Positions 52,258 through 64,000 of a stretch of DNA of 64,000 nucleotides are shown here, piece after piece. Position 1 is the first letter of the stretch, and each line of letters opens with the position of its first letter. The position numbers were made by a program, and so were the translations under genes. The DNA comes from Felis catus (lineage: Eukaryota): assembly GCF_018350175.1 (NCBI RefSeq), contig NC_058385.1:82770001-82834000 (forward strand), in the 5' to 3' direction. The notes below the pieces were generated by a model that saw only the letters and a list, made by a program, of their open reading frames with translations, was not told where the DNA came from and made no database searches.

Positions 52258-55200
52258 ATGGCAGAGCCCTACGTGAAGAGTGAGTGAGTGGGCTGGGCAG
52301 GGACACGGGGCAGTGGAGCGCCTGCCAGCTTGGAGTCTGGGACCCGGCCGAGCGTGGCGTTGAGTGAACGGGCTTTGAGGGAGGCACTGTCGCGTGGTGT
52401 GAACAGGCTCTCTCCGAGCTCGCGGTAAAGAAAAGAAAACGAGGTCGTCTGCGTAGCTGCTGAATCAGAGGGGGCCGATTGGGCTGCAGGCTCCGTGTGG
52501 TGTGGGGAGTGATGTTTGCCGGGTGAAGGGGGCTTTGTGCTCTGAGTAGGGGGGCCCTGTGCCTCTGCCCCTTTCTACACAAGACCTGGGTCCCGCAGCC
52601 ACCCTGGCTGTCCACCCTGTCCCTGCCCCCAGGGCCAGCGGTTTGCTGAGGCGAGGGGAGAGACGTCCTCGCCCCACAGAGCGCCTCCCCCAGAAGTGAG
52701 GATCCATAAGCGCCATTCGCAGGCCCCGGGCCCTGGGCTCTGGGGACACTGAGGATGGCAGGGTCCTGTCCGGGGGCACCGAGCCGGAGAGGTCTGGCTC
52801 TGAGTGTGGAGCATTGACCAGCAGGGATGGGATGGTGGAGAGTTGTCTCTGGGGGCAGGTGGCAGACCTCAGGTGCTGCCCGGTGTGGGGCAGATGGCCA
52901 CCTAGCCCTGAGTCTATAACACCTGCCTTTTACAGCAGCCACGGTCGGGGGGGGGGGGCGGGGGGCACGAAGCAAACACAGCCTGGGACGGAAGGTCAGG
53001 GGTTAGCCAGGGTGGCCTCGGAGCAGCCGGCCGGTGGGTCCCAGACAGAGACCCTGGCGAGCAGGCCGGAGGGAGGCAGTGTGCGTGCAAGAGTGCCTCG
53101 GGTGTGTGCGGGCGAGGTGTACAAGGTGGCCAGGCGGTGGGGCCTGGGGGAGGTTGCTGGGGCAACGGGAAAGTACAGGGGTCGGGGAAGGGGGAGGCGT
53201 CCTCCAACTCACAGGCCGAGGAGGTGGCTGGCGGGGTCGGCCGGGCCTGAGCACGCACGCCGGGCTTTGTCTCTGTAGAGCTGTCCACCGTCCTGCTGGA
53301 GGCCATCACCGACAAGGACCCTCTGGTGCAGGAGCAGGTCTGTGGCGCCCTGTGCGCCCTCGGAGAGGCGCAACCAGCGGAGGTGCTCCGAGCCTGTGAG
53401 GAGTACCTGTGGCAGCACGAGAAGGTATTCCCTGCCCGTGGCTGGCGGGTGTCGGGGGGTGAGCCGCTCCACTAGGCGCTCCGGGGCCCTTGGGGCGGGG
53501 TCTGTAGGGGAGGGATGGCTGTAAAGCCGGGGTCCCGGTTGCTGTGAGTAGAAAGCCGCCCCTTCCGGTCCCAGTTCCCCCGACATGGGGCATTTCCAGG
53601 ACACGCGAGCCGCCTCAACTTGTGGCCTGTGGGTCCGTCCCGTCGTGGGGGCACCGGGTGGGCACGTCAGGCGGTCAGCCGCACAGCATCCAGCTGCTCA
53701 CAAGCCCAGGCTGTGTTGGCGTCCCCGCTCACTCGCTGGGTCGAGGACGGACAGCTCTCCTCGCCGGGGTCTGTGCCGTCTCCCAAGGGAGAGAGAGCAG
53801 GCCACTCGCCGTCAGGGACCGCCAGAGGAACGGGTGGACGAGCGCGTGAGGGAGGGTGGAAGGCGTTCGAAGCGGGGCCGCCCGCGGAGCCCGGGCCCTC
53901 TCCCTCGCCGCCCTCCCTCGGACCGCGGGCCCCCCGTGCTGGCCGTGCCCAGGGCCGCCCTGCAGGGACGCGGGCGTGCCCGTCGGTGCCGCAGAGGAGG
54001 CTGGGAGCCAGCTCTCTGTTCCGGAGTCGCCGCCGGCCCCGGGTCTGAAGTGGTTGTGTGCCGGCTCTAGTTGTTTTCGGTGTGCTTTGGGCCCTTCCTC
54101 GGAGGGAGAGGCACTTTCACAGCCTTAAAAGACCAGTTTTCCTTGTGTTTGATCTAATACTTTGAGGTGGGAAAGGGGATCTCTGTACGGCAGGAGCTAC
54201 TTCTCTCTCATGTGGGACCGCCATCTCCTAGGCAGTAGGTCAGTCCCACCGGGCGGCCACTGAGCTGATCATATGGCAGCTTAGGGCCACCCCCCCCCCC
54301 ATCCCAGCTTTGGCTCTCTTAGCCTTTCTGGCCTTTTATGTGCGCGTAGGCACACTAGGGCCGCCCGTGGGGACTGTGCATAGAGCGAGTGGGGAGAGTG
54401 CACGCTCGTGCTCGGGCGCGGTGCGTGTCCACCGCGGCTCTTCCGTGGCTTCATGGAGCTTCGCGCGGCTCGCATGCCGGGAGCTGGCCCTCCCGTGTGT
54501 GGCTGAGAGCCTCTGTGATTGTTAGCGACCCATACGCAGCAAGACGTCGTGGGCTTCGTGCTGGCCGTTTTCTAGCTCATCTAGGATTTTGCACTTCTTC
54601 CAGCCTTTTCGGTTTCTTTCACCACTTTAAGAAGAAAGCTCTCCCTTTCACGTTTGCGTGTTTGCAGTAAAAGTATATGAAGTGGGAAGTTCTGTCCTCT
54701 CGACTGAGCTCCTCGCCAGGCACCTCTCTCTGCCCCTACGCCGCCCCCCCCCCCGCCCCCACGTCTTGCCACCTGCCTGGCATCCTCACACCGTGCGTTA
54801 TGGGGTTTCACCTCCCACTGACTCCCTGGAAGACGCGTGGGCGGGGCGCACACGGGGACAGACCGTCCCTGCACGGTGGCTCTCAGGCCCATGGGCGGGA
54901 AGTGGCTGGCGGAACAGAGGCAGAAGTAGTCGTCTGGGTCGGTCAGGGTCACTCCAGCACGAGCAGGCTTGGGTCTCTCACAGTTCTGGAGGCCGGGAGT
55001 CCGAGATCACGGTGCCGGCAGGTTCTGTGTGCGGTGGGGACCCGCTTCTTACTTCATAGGCGGCCTCCTCCTCCTCACCCTGTCCTCACACGGCAGAAGG
55101 GAGGAGGGAGCTCTCTGGAGCCTCTTTAGAAGGCACTAATCCCACCCCTGAGGCTGCACCCTCCTGACCTGCTCGCTTCCTGAAGACCCTCCTCCCAATA

Positions 55201-58200
55201 CTGTCACCTTGGGGTTAGGTTTCAGCACAGGCATTTTGGGGAGACGGTTTGTAGCAATAGCAAAATCAAACTTTGAACTGGTAACTAAAGGTTTTCTTCT
55301 GTTTGTTCTTTTTTTTGGCTGGTTTCAACTTCATGCATTCGTGTCTGGTTTTCTGTAGAATCTCATCCTAACACAAGGGAGGTCTTTCGTTTGTTTTTTA
55401 CATGTTTGTTTATTTATTCCGAGAGAGAGACGTGTGTGAGAGTTTACTTGGCGCTGAGTTATTCTGCTAGGGGTTAAAATCCCAGCGTGCTCGGCAGCGA
55501 GTCGACTCCTCCACTGACCCAGGTCAGGACCTCAGACGGGCGCTGGTAGTCACCTCGTGCATCGGGACCACGTGGTGACTGTCCGACCTTTGCGTCCCGT
55601 GGCGAAGGTCCTTCCTGCAGATGACCCGGCGCGGGTTCTCAAGCAGCTCTTGAGCAGAACCGGTCAGCGCTGGGGGGAAGGCGGGACGATGGGCTCGCTG
55701 GCAGCACGTGAGAGTGTGGAGCCGGAAATCTCCCACGCCCGCTCGGGGCCGGTCCCTGGGCCACCCCAGCGCGGTTCCCGCCCTGCTCAGGTGACAGGCC
55801 CGTGGCTTTATCACCGCGTGCCGCGGAGCACTACATCTTGTTCTGATGGGGCTAGTGTTCTGCCCGTTGAACTTTAAGAGCAATGTAAAATGGAAACAGA
55901 AAACCTTTTTCTTTAAAAATAGGCGACTGTTGGGGCGCCTGGGTGGCGCAGTCGGTTAAGCGTCCGACTTCAGCCAGGTCACGATCTCACGGTCCATGGG
56001 TTCGAGCCCCGCGTCGGGCTCTGGGCTGATGGCTCGGAGCCTGGAGCCTGTTTCCGATTCTGTGTCTCCCTCTCTCTCTGCCCCTCCCCCGTTCATGCTC
56101 TGTCTCGCTCTGTCCCAAAAATAAATAAAAAACGTTGAAAAAAAAATAAAAATAAATAAAAATAAAAATAGGCAACTGTTGCGATCCCTATCAAAATCCC
56201 AGGGATGGTTTTTGCAGAAATAGAAAAAGCCATCCCAAAAGTCAGATGAAACCTCAAGGGATCCTGAACAGCCAAAACAGTCTTGAAAAAGAACAAAGCT
56301 GGGGACTCACACTCGTTGACTTCAAGGCTTACTACAAGGCCGCTGGAGCCGAACACCACGGTGGAGACCGGCCGAGAGACGGGGCAGAGAGACGGGGCAG
56401 AGAGACGGGGCAGAGAGACGGGGCAGAGAGACGGGCGTAGAGACGGGGCAGAGAGACGGGGCAGAGAGACGGGCGTAGAGACGGGCCAGAGAGACGGGCA
56501 GAGCGACGGGCGTAGAGACGGGGCAGAGAGACGGGACAGAGAGACGGGCGTAGAGACGGGGCAGAGAGACGGGCAGAGCGACGGGCGTAGAGACGGGGCA
56601 GAGAGACGGGCAGAGAGACGGGGCAGAGAGACGGGCATAGAGACGGGGCAGAGAGACGGGCAGAGCGACGGGCGTAGAGACGGGGCAGAGAGACGGGCAG
56701 AGAGACGGGCGTAGAGACGGGGCAGAGAGACGGGCAGAGAGATGGGCGTAGAGACGGGGCAGAGAGACGGGGCAGAGAGACAGGCAGAGAGACGGGGCAG
56801 AGAGACGGGGCAGAGAGACGGGCGTAGAGACGGGGCAGAGAGACGGGGCAGAGAGACGGGCAGAGAGACGGGGCAGAGAGACGGGCGTAGAGACGGGGCA
56901 GAGAGACAGGGCAGAGAGACGGGCGTAGAGACGGGGCAGAGAGACGGGCAGAGAGACGGGCGTAGAGACGAATGCAATATGCAATAGAGTCGAGAGCCCG
57001 GGAAAAACCTTTGTGTATGTGGTCAAATGAATTTTGACGCAGTTTATCACCCGGAGAACAAAAGCTAACCCTGGAGCTTTCCCCCGGGAACCTGAGGCAG
57101 GGTTCGTGGGATCTGCTCGTCCATCTAGAGGTGTTTACCATCTGCGTTGGCTCCTTTCAGGAACGAAAATCGTGCCCACGGGTGGGCCCCACAGTGCAGG
57201 AGGCTGCTGGTGGCCTCCGTGGGAGGGAACCCCTGCTTTTACAGAGAGCCCTCCACCAGCCCAAGTCGCCTGTCTTTCTGGCCCCTTTTCCTCCGGTCGC
57301 CCAGGCTCAGTCCTGTCCCGGCACAGACCAGGGCACCGCGTGCTGCCGTGTGTGCCGGACCCCCCTCCGCCTGGATGCCCCGCTCCTGGGGGCGGGAGGT
57401 CCTCACGGGAAGGCCGGTCTTGGTCTTTCCCTGCCCCCTGCGTGTTTCTTGCCCTCCCCTCCGGTCTCCGTGAGCGCCCCGGGGCTCCCGGCCCGATGGA
57501 GCCTCTCCCTTGGCCGCGCCCTGCTCCGTTCACCTCACCTCTGCTGCGGTCCGTCCTTGCAGCGAGGCACCTTGGCTTCCTGGCCCCGGACCCCGCTCCC
57601 AGCCGTCACCACACGTCCTCAGTTGAGGCGAGGATGAGTGCCAGGTGGGGCCACGGCTGCCAGGTGCCGACGAGGACTGTGTCTGGGCGGGTGGGGGCCC
57701 CACCCGGAGCCGGGGAGGAACCCTAGGACAGGGCCGGCAGTGGGCAGTGCCGTGTCATTTTACCGGCCAGCCTCAGCCCTTGGGGTGAGGTCAGAAGCCT
57801 GGGGAGGGGTGTGACAGACAAGGCCCCCTCGGGGCGGGGCGCGCCTGAGTGAGGAGAGGGCCTGTCAAGCAGTCTCCTCTGACCGGTCTCCCTGGGGAGC
57901 CCCAAAACTTCCTGGTGGCAGCAAACTCTGTCGTGATAGGACCTCTCGGGGCAGGAGAGCTTCTGGCCCGGAGACCCCGGCCACGGCACGAGGGTCACCA
58001 TCTGTTCACTGCGGGTGTTGCACAGAACACTCCTGGCACCTGCTGACGACCTCGTGCCCTCACCCGCTTCTCACGGTCCTTTCCTGTGCGAGGCCCCGAG
58101 AGTCTGGGGGCATGAGGAGTGGCCAGGCGTGCCCTGACCTCCCGCGTTGGGGCAGCCAGGGGTGACTGTGAGTTGAGTCACCCCTATAGAGAAAGCAGGT

Positions 58201-61200
58201 GTCAGCAGGCTGCCTGGGTGCGAGCTCCCCTTCCGGGACCTCCCTCGATGGTTTCTCTGGTCAGTTGGCACATCCTTACCGGACGATGATCCTGAGGGCC
58301 ATGGAGACGGTCGTGAGCAGTCACATCAGTGACCTGGACAAGGACATGGCCAGGGCTGTCATCTTTCTGGCCTCCAGCGAGATGACCAGGGTGAAGGTAT
58401 GGGGGGCGCCTGCCTGCTCGGGGAGGGGAGCTTCTTTCCTAGGACTTTGACCCGAGCGCATTGGGAACGTGGGCTCGCATCTGGCTGCCTTGAGCCGGCC
58501 GCCCCTTCCTGCACACTGAGTGCCCTGCTGGGATGGGGAGGCCCGCCCATAAGTGTAGAGGTGGAGCTGGAGCAGAGACAAACTTCTGGAGGTCTCAGGG
58601 CAGACGCAAGGGCACCGGTGCCGGCCCCCCAGCGCGAGGAGGACGTTGCCAGGCTCTGCGCGGGGCCGGCTCCCGGTGGCAGCACTTTCCTCTCCCTGCA
58701 GGTGGAGGGGGCAGGTGCTCGGCTCCTGGGGGGAGGGGGGAGCAGGGGATACTGGGGGAGGGGGCTTGGGAGAGTTCTCTAGCAGGTGCTCACGGGGAGC
58801 CTGAGAACAGGGCACGACGTCCCATTGTTGCTTCTTGGGCAATTTCAGGGTGAGGTCCTGTGTCCCTTGCTTGATCGGGGCATCAGTGCACGTTTTCGGG
58901 GCGGGGGGTACAGGACTTGGTGTGTGACTGGCAGCAGGCTGCCAGCAACGTCCTGGTGGCTGTTGGGAAGCAGTTCATCGGCCTGGTGATGGAGGAGGTG
59001 CTGAGCAAGTTCCAGCCTGGGGCCCTGCCGCACTACTTCGTCGTGCAGACCCTCGCCAACCTGGCGGCTTCCAACGGTAGGCTCCGCCTGGCCTGTCCCC
59101 ACCGGCATTCGGAGCGAGTGGGGGGGGGGGGAAACCTCTCCACCACCCGCCCCGGGCCGTGTGGCCTGGGGGCCCGGGGAGGGTGCACGGCGGCCAGGCC
59201 AGGTGAGGCGGGGGTTCCCTGACGCACCCCCCCCCCATTTTGCAGTGTTCGGCATGGTGCCCTTCCTGACGTCCATCCTGAGCACCATGCTCCCCATGCT
59301 GGGCATGGCCAAGCACGATACGATGAGGGTGGCGTTTTGCTGTGGTAAGATGGGGTCTCCGGGGCGGGGGCTGGGAGCCGCCTGCCCACCCCTTGGGTCT
59401 GGGGAGGGTCATGAGTCCTCTGGGCGGTGGAGGAGGGCTGAGCGGCCCTGGGTGACTACGGACGTGTGGGCGGGTGGGCACTGCTACAGGCGGGGACTCG
59501 GCCCGGGCGTCCGGCTGCTTCTGTCCGCTGGCAGGGGCCCCTGTACCTCACAGTGCGGTTCCCCGAGTCCGGGACACTTGAGGGGGCGGGGGTGCGGGAA
59601 GAAACCTCCCCAGAGCCGCAGAGATTTCCCACATCTCTCCCTGCTCAGTACTGGGCATCTCCGAAAGGGGTCCTTACTCCCCTCCCTCCCGGGTCTGCTG
59701 CCCTCTGTGCACTCAGCAGGGACGGCTTCTCAGGGCGGGGTCCGTGCACGGTGTGGAAGGGGTGTGGGGGGGATGGCTCCTCACGGCGAGCCTTTCGAGG
59801 CAAGGGAGGCGTTCCTGTTGGGAGGAGGGCAGAGGGTCCTGAAGCGTGGAAGGTGCCGTGGGCGGCTGCGCCCACATTGCGTGGCTTCCTCTGGAACGCC
59901 CGCAGCCCTGGCACTGAGTGGGGAGCAGGGCTCCGGTTAGGAGGGTCCTCGGTAAGGGAAGGGTGTGGTGACTGGACAGGGTCAGGGCACCTGGAGCTCA
60001 GCTGAGGGCTTGTCGGGTACTTGCCGGCCGGCCTGCTGCCCCCACTCCCTGCCGTGTACTTGGGGGCACCTGGGGCCTTTCACAGCAGCATACTGGAGCC
60101 CGGGACCCTCGTCTGCCCCACTCGCGGGGGCTTCGGATCCTGGGGCCCCGGGGAGGGGCTCCAGCTCCTGCCGGCCGTCCTTACGGCCCCTTGCTCCCAT
60201 GTCCCTTGTCCCTGCCACGGCCTCCTTCCTGTCTTCTTCTCACGCGCTCCTCCCACCGCGGGTGATGGCAGACTCCCCGGGTTAAATTGTAGGAACCCTC
60301 CTTGACCTGGTTTCGGGTAACGAGAATTTTCGTCAGGGTCCTGGGACAGCTGAGCCGGGGATTCCCACCGGGCTGGAAGGCAGAGCAGGACCCAGAAGGT
60401 GGGGCGTGGGGATGTGTTTGCAGGTGCTGGAAGCAAGGGGGGGTGGGGAGCTGGGAGGTCACCTAGGACGGCGCATCCAGGCTAGAGGGGGAGTAAGGAG
60501 ACCCCGCGTCGCAGCCGAGGGCTCCTCGGGAAGGACACAGCTCCATCCCTGCAGCTGCCGAGGCCGCGAGCGGGGGGCCGGTCCGAGGTGCCGAAGAACC
60601 GACCCTTCTAATGCCACTGACGGTTTTTACCGCGTCCGCGTCCGTCGTGTGTGAGCAGCATTCGCTCTGCACCGGACGTGCTGTCTGCAGGGCACGTGGT
60701 GCTCTCCGCTGACCGACGCTCCCCCGCCTGCCGTTGGAGGAGAGAGCGGCCCTTCCCGCTGGCATGGTGGGCCGTGAGTGGGCCGAGGCCTCCCGTGTCT
60801 GCTGGCCCAGGGCCACGAACAGAAGTTGGTGCCCCAGGGTCCTTCCCGGTTGCATCTGCTGACGCTGTGGTTGGAGGGAGAAGAGCCAGAACGCCCAGAG
60901 GTGGAGACGGCGTCCCCCGGACAGCCGGTGCGCGGCCAGCCTGACCACACCGTGTGGCACTGAAGGTGGCCCCGGATTGCTGCCCGCGACCAGCGTCTCC
61001 CAGAGCGACGGCGGCAGCAGCATAAACAGAGCTCTAAGACCTGGGCGAGCAGACAGTCCAGGGAGAAGAAAACGGGCACAAAAGACCAGGCATGATGACT
61101 CCCTCGGGGGGTGAGGTGAGAGTAGGGCGTGTTGCCGGGAAGTAGCCGCATTCAGGGAGTACAGCTGAGCTTCTCGGGGTCAGAGAAGCGACGACAGATG

Positions 61201-63637
61201 GCAGCGAGAATGGAAGAGAAGGTCGAGGAATGCCCCAGAAAATAGAGCAAAAATGCGAACCTGGAAAACGGGAGACAGGGGGAAGGGGTGGCAGGCCAGG
61301 CCACGAGGCCTCATTCAAGTAACAGATGCCCCGGAGCTGCGGCTTCCAGAAGGAAGGGACCTCCCAGCGTCCACACCAAGACACTTTGGTGGGGAAAGTG
61401 GTCCGAGAGGACACAGAGGAATGGGACGGCCTTCTCCCCCGCCGGCGCCTTGCCCACGGCTGTCTGAGTGGCGTGGCCCTGTCGGGCGTGGCCGGGGGAG
61501 ACCCGGGGTGCCGGCAGCAGGTAGAGGTCGGTCGGTGACCCCTGCCTGGAGAAGCGGAAGGCCCCGAGGGAAACGAAGCTGGTATGAAGTGAGCTGGCCG
61601 CCCCGGCGCTGTTAGCAGGGGGAAGACCAGCCGTGCGCGCTTCTGGAGGAGAGGGGCCGGTATGCGAGAACTGCCCTTCTGCCCCAGGTGTGTGTGCATA
61701 ACGGATTAAAAAGGAAAACCTAGTAACAACCTGGGGGGCTCGCTTCCTGCTTCCGGCCACTCCGGCAATAGAGTGGCCCGTTTTCCTGAAACGCCTCGCT
61801 ACAAGGTGCCGAGAGACGCAGGTCCGTGAGCGGCCTCCTGACTACAGAGCTCAAGGAGGCCAGAGCGTCGGGTGGACGGGGAGGAAGAGGGCCGGGGCTG
61901 CGTCCCTCCTCCAAGCAACAGGGGCCGTGCGGCAGGTGGGGACGCGAGGCCTCCTCGTGCTCTGGTGGGGCCGGAGTCTGCCCGGGCTGGACCCTCCAAG
62001 AGCCCCCCTCCTAAGCAGAAGGGCGGCCGGTGGCACAGGAGTGCTCCCTCCGGGAGGCGATTTTCTTCTAAAAGTTGTTGGGGCGCCTGGGTGGCTCAGT
62101 CGGCTGAGTGTCCGACTGTGATTTTGGCTCAGGTGCCGATCCCTGGGTCATGGGATCGAGCCCCACATCTGACTCCGCAGTGAGTGTGGGGCCTGCCTGG
62201 GATTCTCTCTCCCGTCTCTCTCTGCCCCTCCCCTGCTCGCACAAGCACTTGTACACATGTGAACTCTCTCTCCCTCAGAAAATTTTTTCTTTAGCTTCTG
62301 TGTCTTGGGAACTTGTGGCTGTGATTGCCGTCACATACACACAGGGATCAGGCTTGTTCTCTCTGTCGGACTGGGGAGCCCCGGCTGAGAAGTTAGCTGT
62401 GTAAGTGGCCCGGGTGAGAACCGTGAGAGCCGTGCTGGGCAGGGGCTGGTTCAGTGCCCCCCCCCCCCCCCAGCTCCTCCGCTGCCCTGCCCTTCTCAGG
62501 GCTGCGTGACAGGGGCCTGGCCTCGCCTCTCTCCTCTTATCCCTGTCCTTTCCTTTGGCCCCGGGTTCAGCCCTTGCTGACCACTCGTAGGTCTTCATCT
62601 GTGCGCAGACTTGCCCACCTGGATGTCCCCAAGCACAGCCACTTTCGTAGACACCACTGTCTCGGCCCGCCCTGCCTCAGCCCGACACTCTGCACCTTCA
62701 GTGCCCTCCCACGCCCCCTGCACCCGGGACTTCTGGGCACAGCGACCCTTGCAAACTGTGCATCATTTGTGTCTGTCTGTGAGGGGTGAGGTGGGCACAG
62801 CACCTCCTCTTTTTGCCTCGCGGTGGGCGCTGTGAACCGAGGCCGTTTGGGGACGTCGGTGTCTGTGCCAGGTCTGTATGGCTGCTGTCACACAGTGCCA
62901 CTTAGAAATGCAGGGCGCCTGGCCAGCTTGGTCGGTGGAGCGAGTGACTCTCGATCTCAGGGTTGTAAGTTCGAGCCCCACGTTGGATGTAGAGATTACT
63001 TAAAAATAAAATCTTTGAAAAAAAAAAAGAAAAAGAGAAACGTATTCTTACGGTTCTGGAGGCCAGAAGCCTGAGATCAAAGTGTTACTCGGAGCCCTTC
63101 CTGGGGGCTCAGAGGGAGACTCTGTTCCTTGTCCCTCCCCCAGCATCTGGAGGTGGGCCCCAGACTGTGCCCTGCTGTCACTCTGCCATCTTCTTTGTGG
63201 TCTGTGTTCTCTCTTCCCAAGACACGGTTGTGTTGGATTTGCGGCCCACCCTACCCGACACGGTCACATCTTATGTAGTTATCCCTGCAGAGATCCTCGT
63301 TCCCAGAAAAGGTCCCTTCCTGAGATTCTGGGACGGACGTGGATGTGGAGGGACCCTCATGCCGGCATAGTCCCGGAGCCCCGCACTTAGCCCCGGTCTC
63401 GGGAAGGTGTCCTGCGGGGCGGGGGGGGGAGGGCGTTAGAAGGGGCGGCGGTGCAGGCGTATTACAGCCACCCGCCCTGTGGTAGCTCTGCAGCACTTCA
63501 GCGAGAGCACCCTGGAGTACCTGGCCAACCTGGACCAAGCCCCAGACCCCACGGTCAGGAAGGACACCTTTGCCACTGACATCTTCAGCGCCTACGACAT
63601 CCTCTTTAACCACTGGCTACAGAGCCGTGAGGCCAAG
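52258..63637 (+). CDS. MROH1: Maestro heat-like repeat protein 1 (HEATR7A), first 6 coding exons; continues beyond the window
   Basis: Exons 52258-52279, 53279-53424, 58265-58396, 58914-59076, 59246-59344 and 63486-63637 are in phase. They give MAEPYVKKLSTVLLEAITDKDPLVQEQV...WQQAASNVLVAVG...FSESTLEYLANLDQAPDPTVRKD. Confidence 0.93.
54930..55256. mobile_element. MLT1-like LTR fragment
   Basis: tctcacagttctggaggccgggagtccgagatcacggtgccggcagg...aatactgtcaccttggggttaggtttcagca. Confidence 0.75.
55932..56163 (+). mobile_element. Young felid SINEC_Fc-type element with 17-bp TSD
   Basis: Near-consensus body. The TSD aaaaataggc(g/a)actgtt lies at 55915-55931 and 56164-56180. Confidence 0.95.
56181..57040 (+). 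mobile_element. L1 ORF2 fragment interrupted by a minisatellite
   Basis: gcgatccctatcaaaatccca...gcagaaatagaaaaa...agccaaaacagtcttgaaaaagaacaaagctgg...gacttcaaggcttactacaagg on the left. L1 resumes at 56971 with aatagagtcgagagccc...tgtatgtggtcaaatgaattttgac. Confidence 0.85.
56364..56970. repeat. G-rich minisatellite, about 47 units of 12-13 bp (GAGACGGGGCAGA / GAGACGGGCAGA / GAGACGGGCGTA)
   Basis: A directly visible tandem array with interspersed variant units. Confidence 0.97.
61000..61800 (+). mobile_element. Probable ancient HAL1/L1 ORF1-like remnant
   Basis: The purine-rich stretch gaaggtcgaggaatgccccagaaaatagagcaaaaa...gaaaacgggagac resembles the HAL1/L1 ORF1 coiled-coil region. It is highly diverged. 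Confidence 0.45.
62079..62285 (+). mobile_element. Can-SINE
   Basis: Head ggggcgcctgggtggctcagtcgg and a CT tract. Confidence 0.88.
62863..63370. mobile_element. MLT1-like LTR with nested short Can-SINE (62912-63035)
   Basis: ggctgctgtcaca...[SINE]...tattcttacggttctggaggccagaagcctgagatcaaagtgt. Confidence 0.75.
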
Positions 63638-64000
63638 GTACAACCTCTGCAGTCTGTCGGAACCCGTGGCCTCACCCTGCCGGCTGCCGTCTCCCACCCC
63701 TGAGCTCGGCCCACCTCCACGAGGCCTGAGCCTCGTGTGCCGTTTTGCAGGCTTTGGGGGAGGGGACTGCGGGGAGCAGGGTGGAGACAGCTATGGACAC
63801 ATGCTTCCCGGTGCCCGGTCCGTGTCCCCTCCCCCACCCCCCACCCCGGCTCGGGAGGTGGGAGCCTCTTCAGGGAGTGGAGGTGTCCTGTGTGAGGTCT
63901 TCCCAGAATATGGCTTGTTTCCTGCCCTCCGACCTCACTCTGCCCGGAGGCTCCCGGACCGTCCGGGTAGCGGGCTGAGCTGAGGCGTGACGAGTCCCCT

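Noticed and set aside
56364-56970. CRISPR-like array
   Set aside because: The units are contiguous with no unique spacers, there are no cas genes, and the context is a mammalian intron.
56093-57141. Long repetitive ORFs (294, 269, 242 and 143 aa)
   Set aside because: They are translations of the minisatellite and flanking L1/SINE, and are stop-free only because of unit composition.

Overview
This is mammalian genomic DNA from a cat-family (felid) species, judged by intact felid-type Can-SINEs. It is a GC-rich, gene-dense block with the gene order of human 8q24.3. In order it holds the 3' end of GPAA1 (+), CYC1 (+), SHARPIN (-), MAF1 (+), WDR97 (+), HGH1 (+), TSSK5 (-) and the 5' part of MROH1 (+). 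I reconstructed the exon structures by hand from splice sites and phase; most ORFs in the supplied track are artefacts of high GC content. The strongest finding is TSSK5: it keeps an open frame, but its start codon is GTG, the intron-1 acceptor is GG, and the DFG motif splices to YFG. An in-frame cryptic acceptor 42 nt upstream could rescue splicing, so this is either an independent felid loss or a translated pseudokinase. Other observations include the AT-AC (U12) intron of GPAA1, back-to-back poly(A) signals of HGH1 and TSSK5, and an RFX X-box WDR97 promoter inside the MAF1 termination zone. Also notable are a perfect DR5 plus ERRE cluster in CYC1 intron 1, a uORF-laden MROH1 leader, an L1-born G-rich minisatellite and a SINE-L1 chimera. 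I see no evidence for a wholly new multi-gene system.
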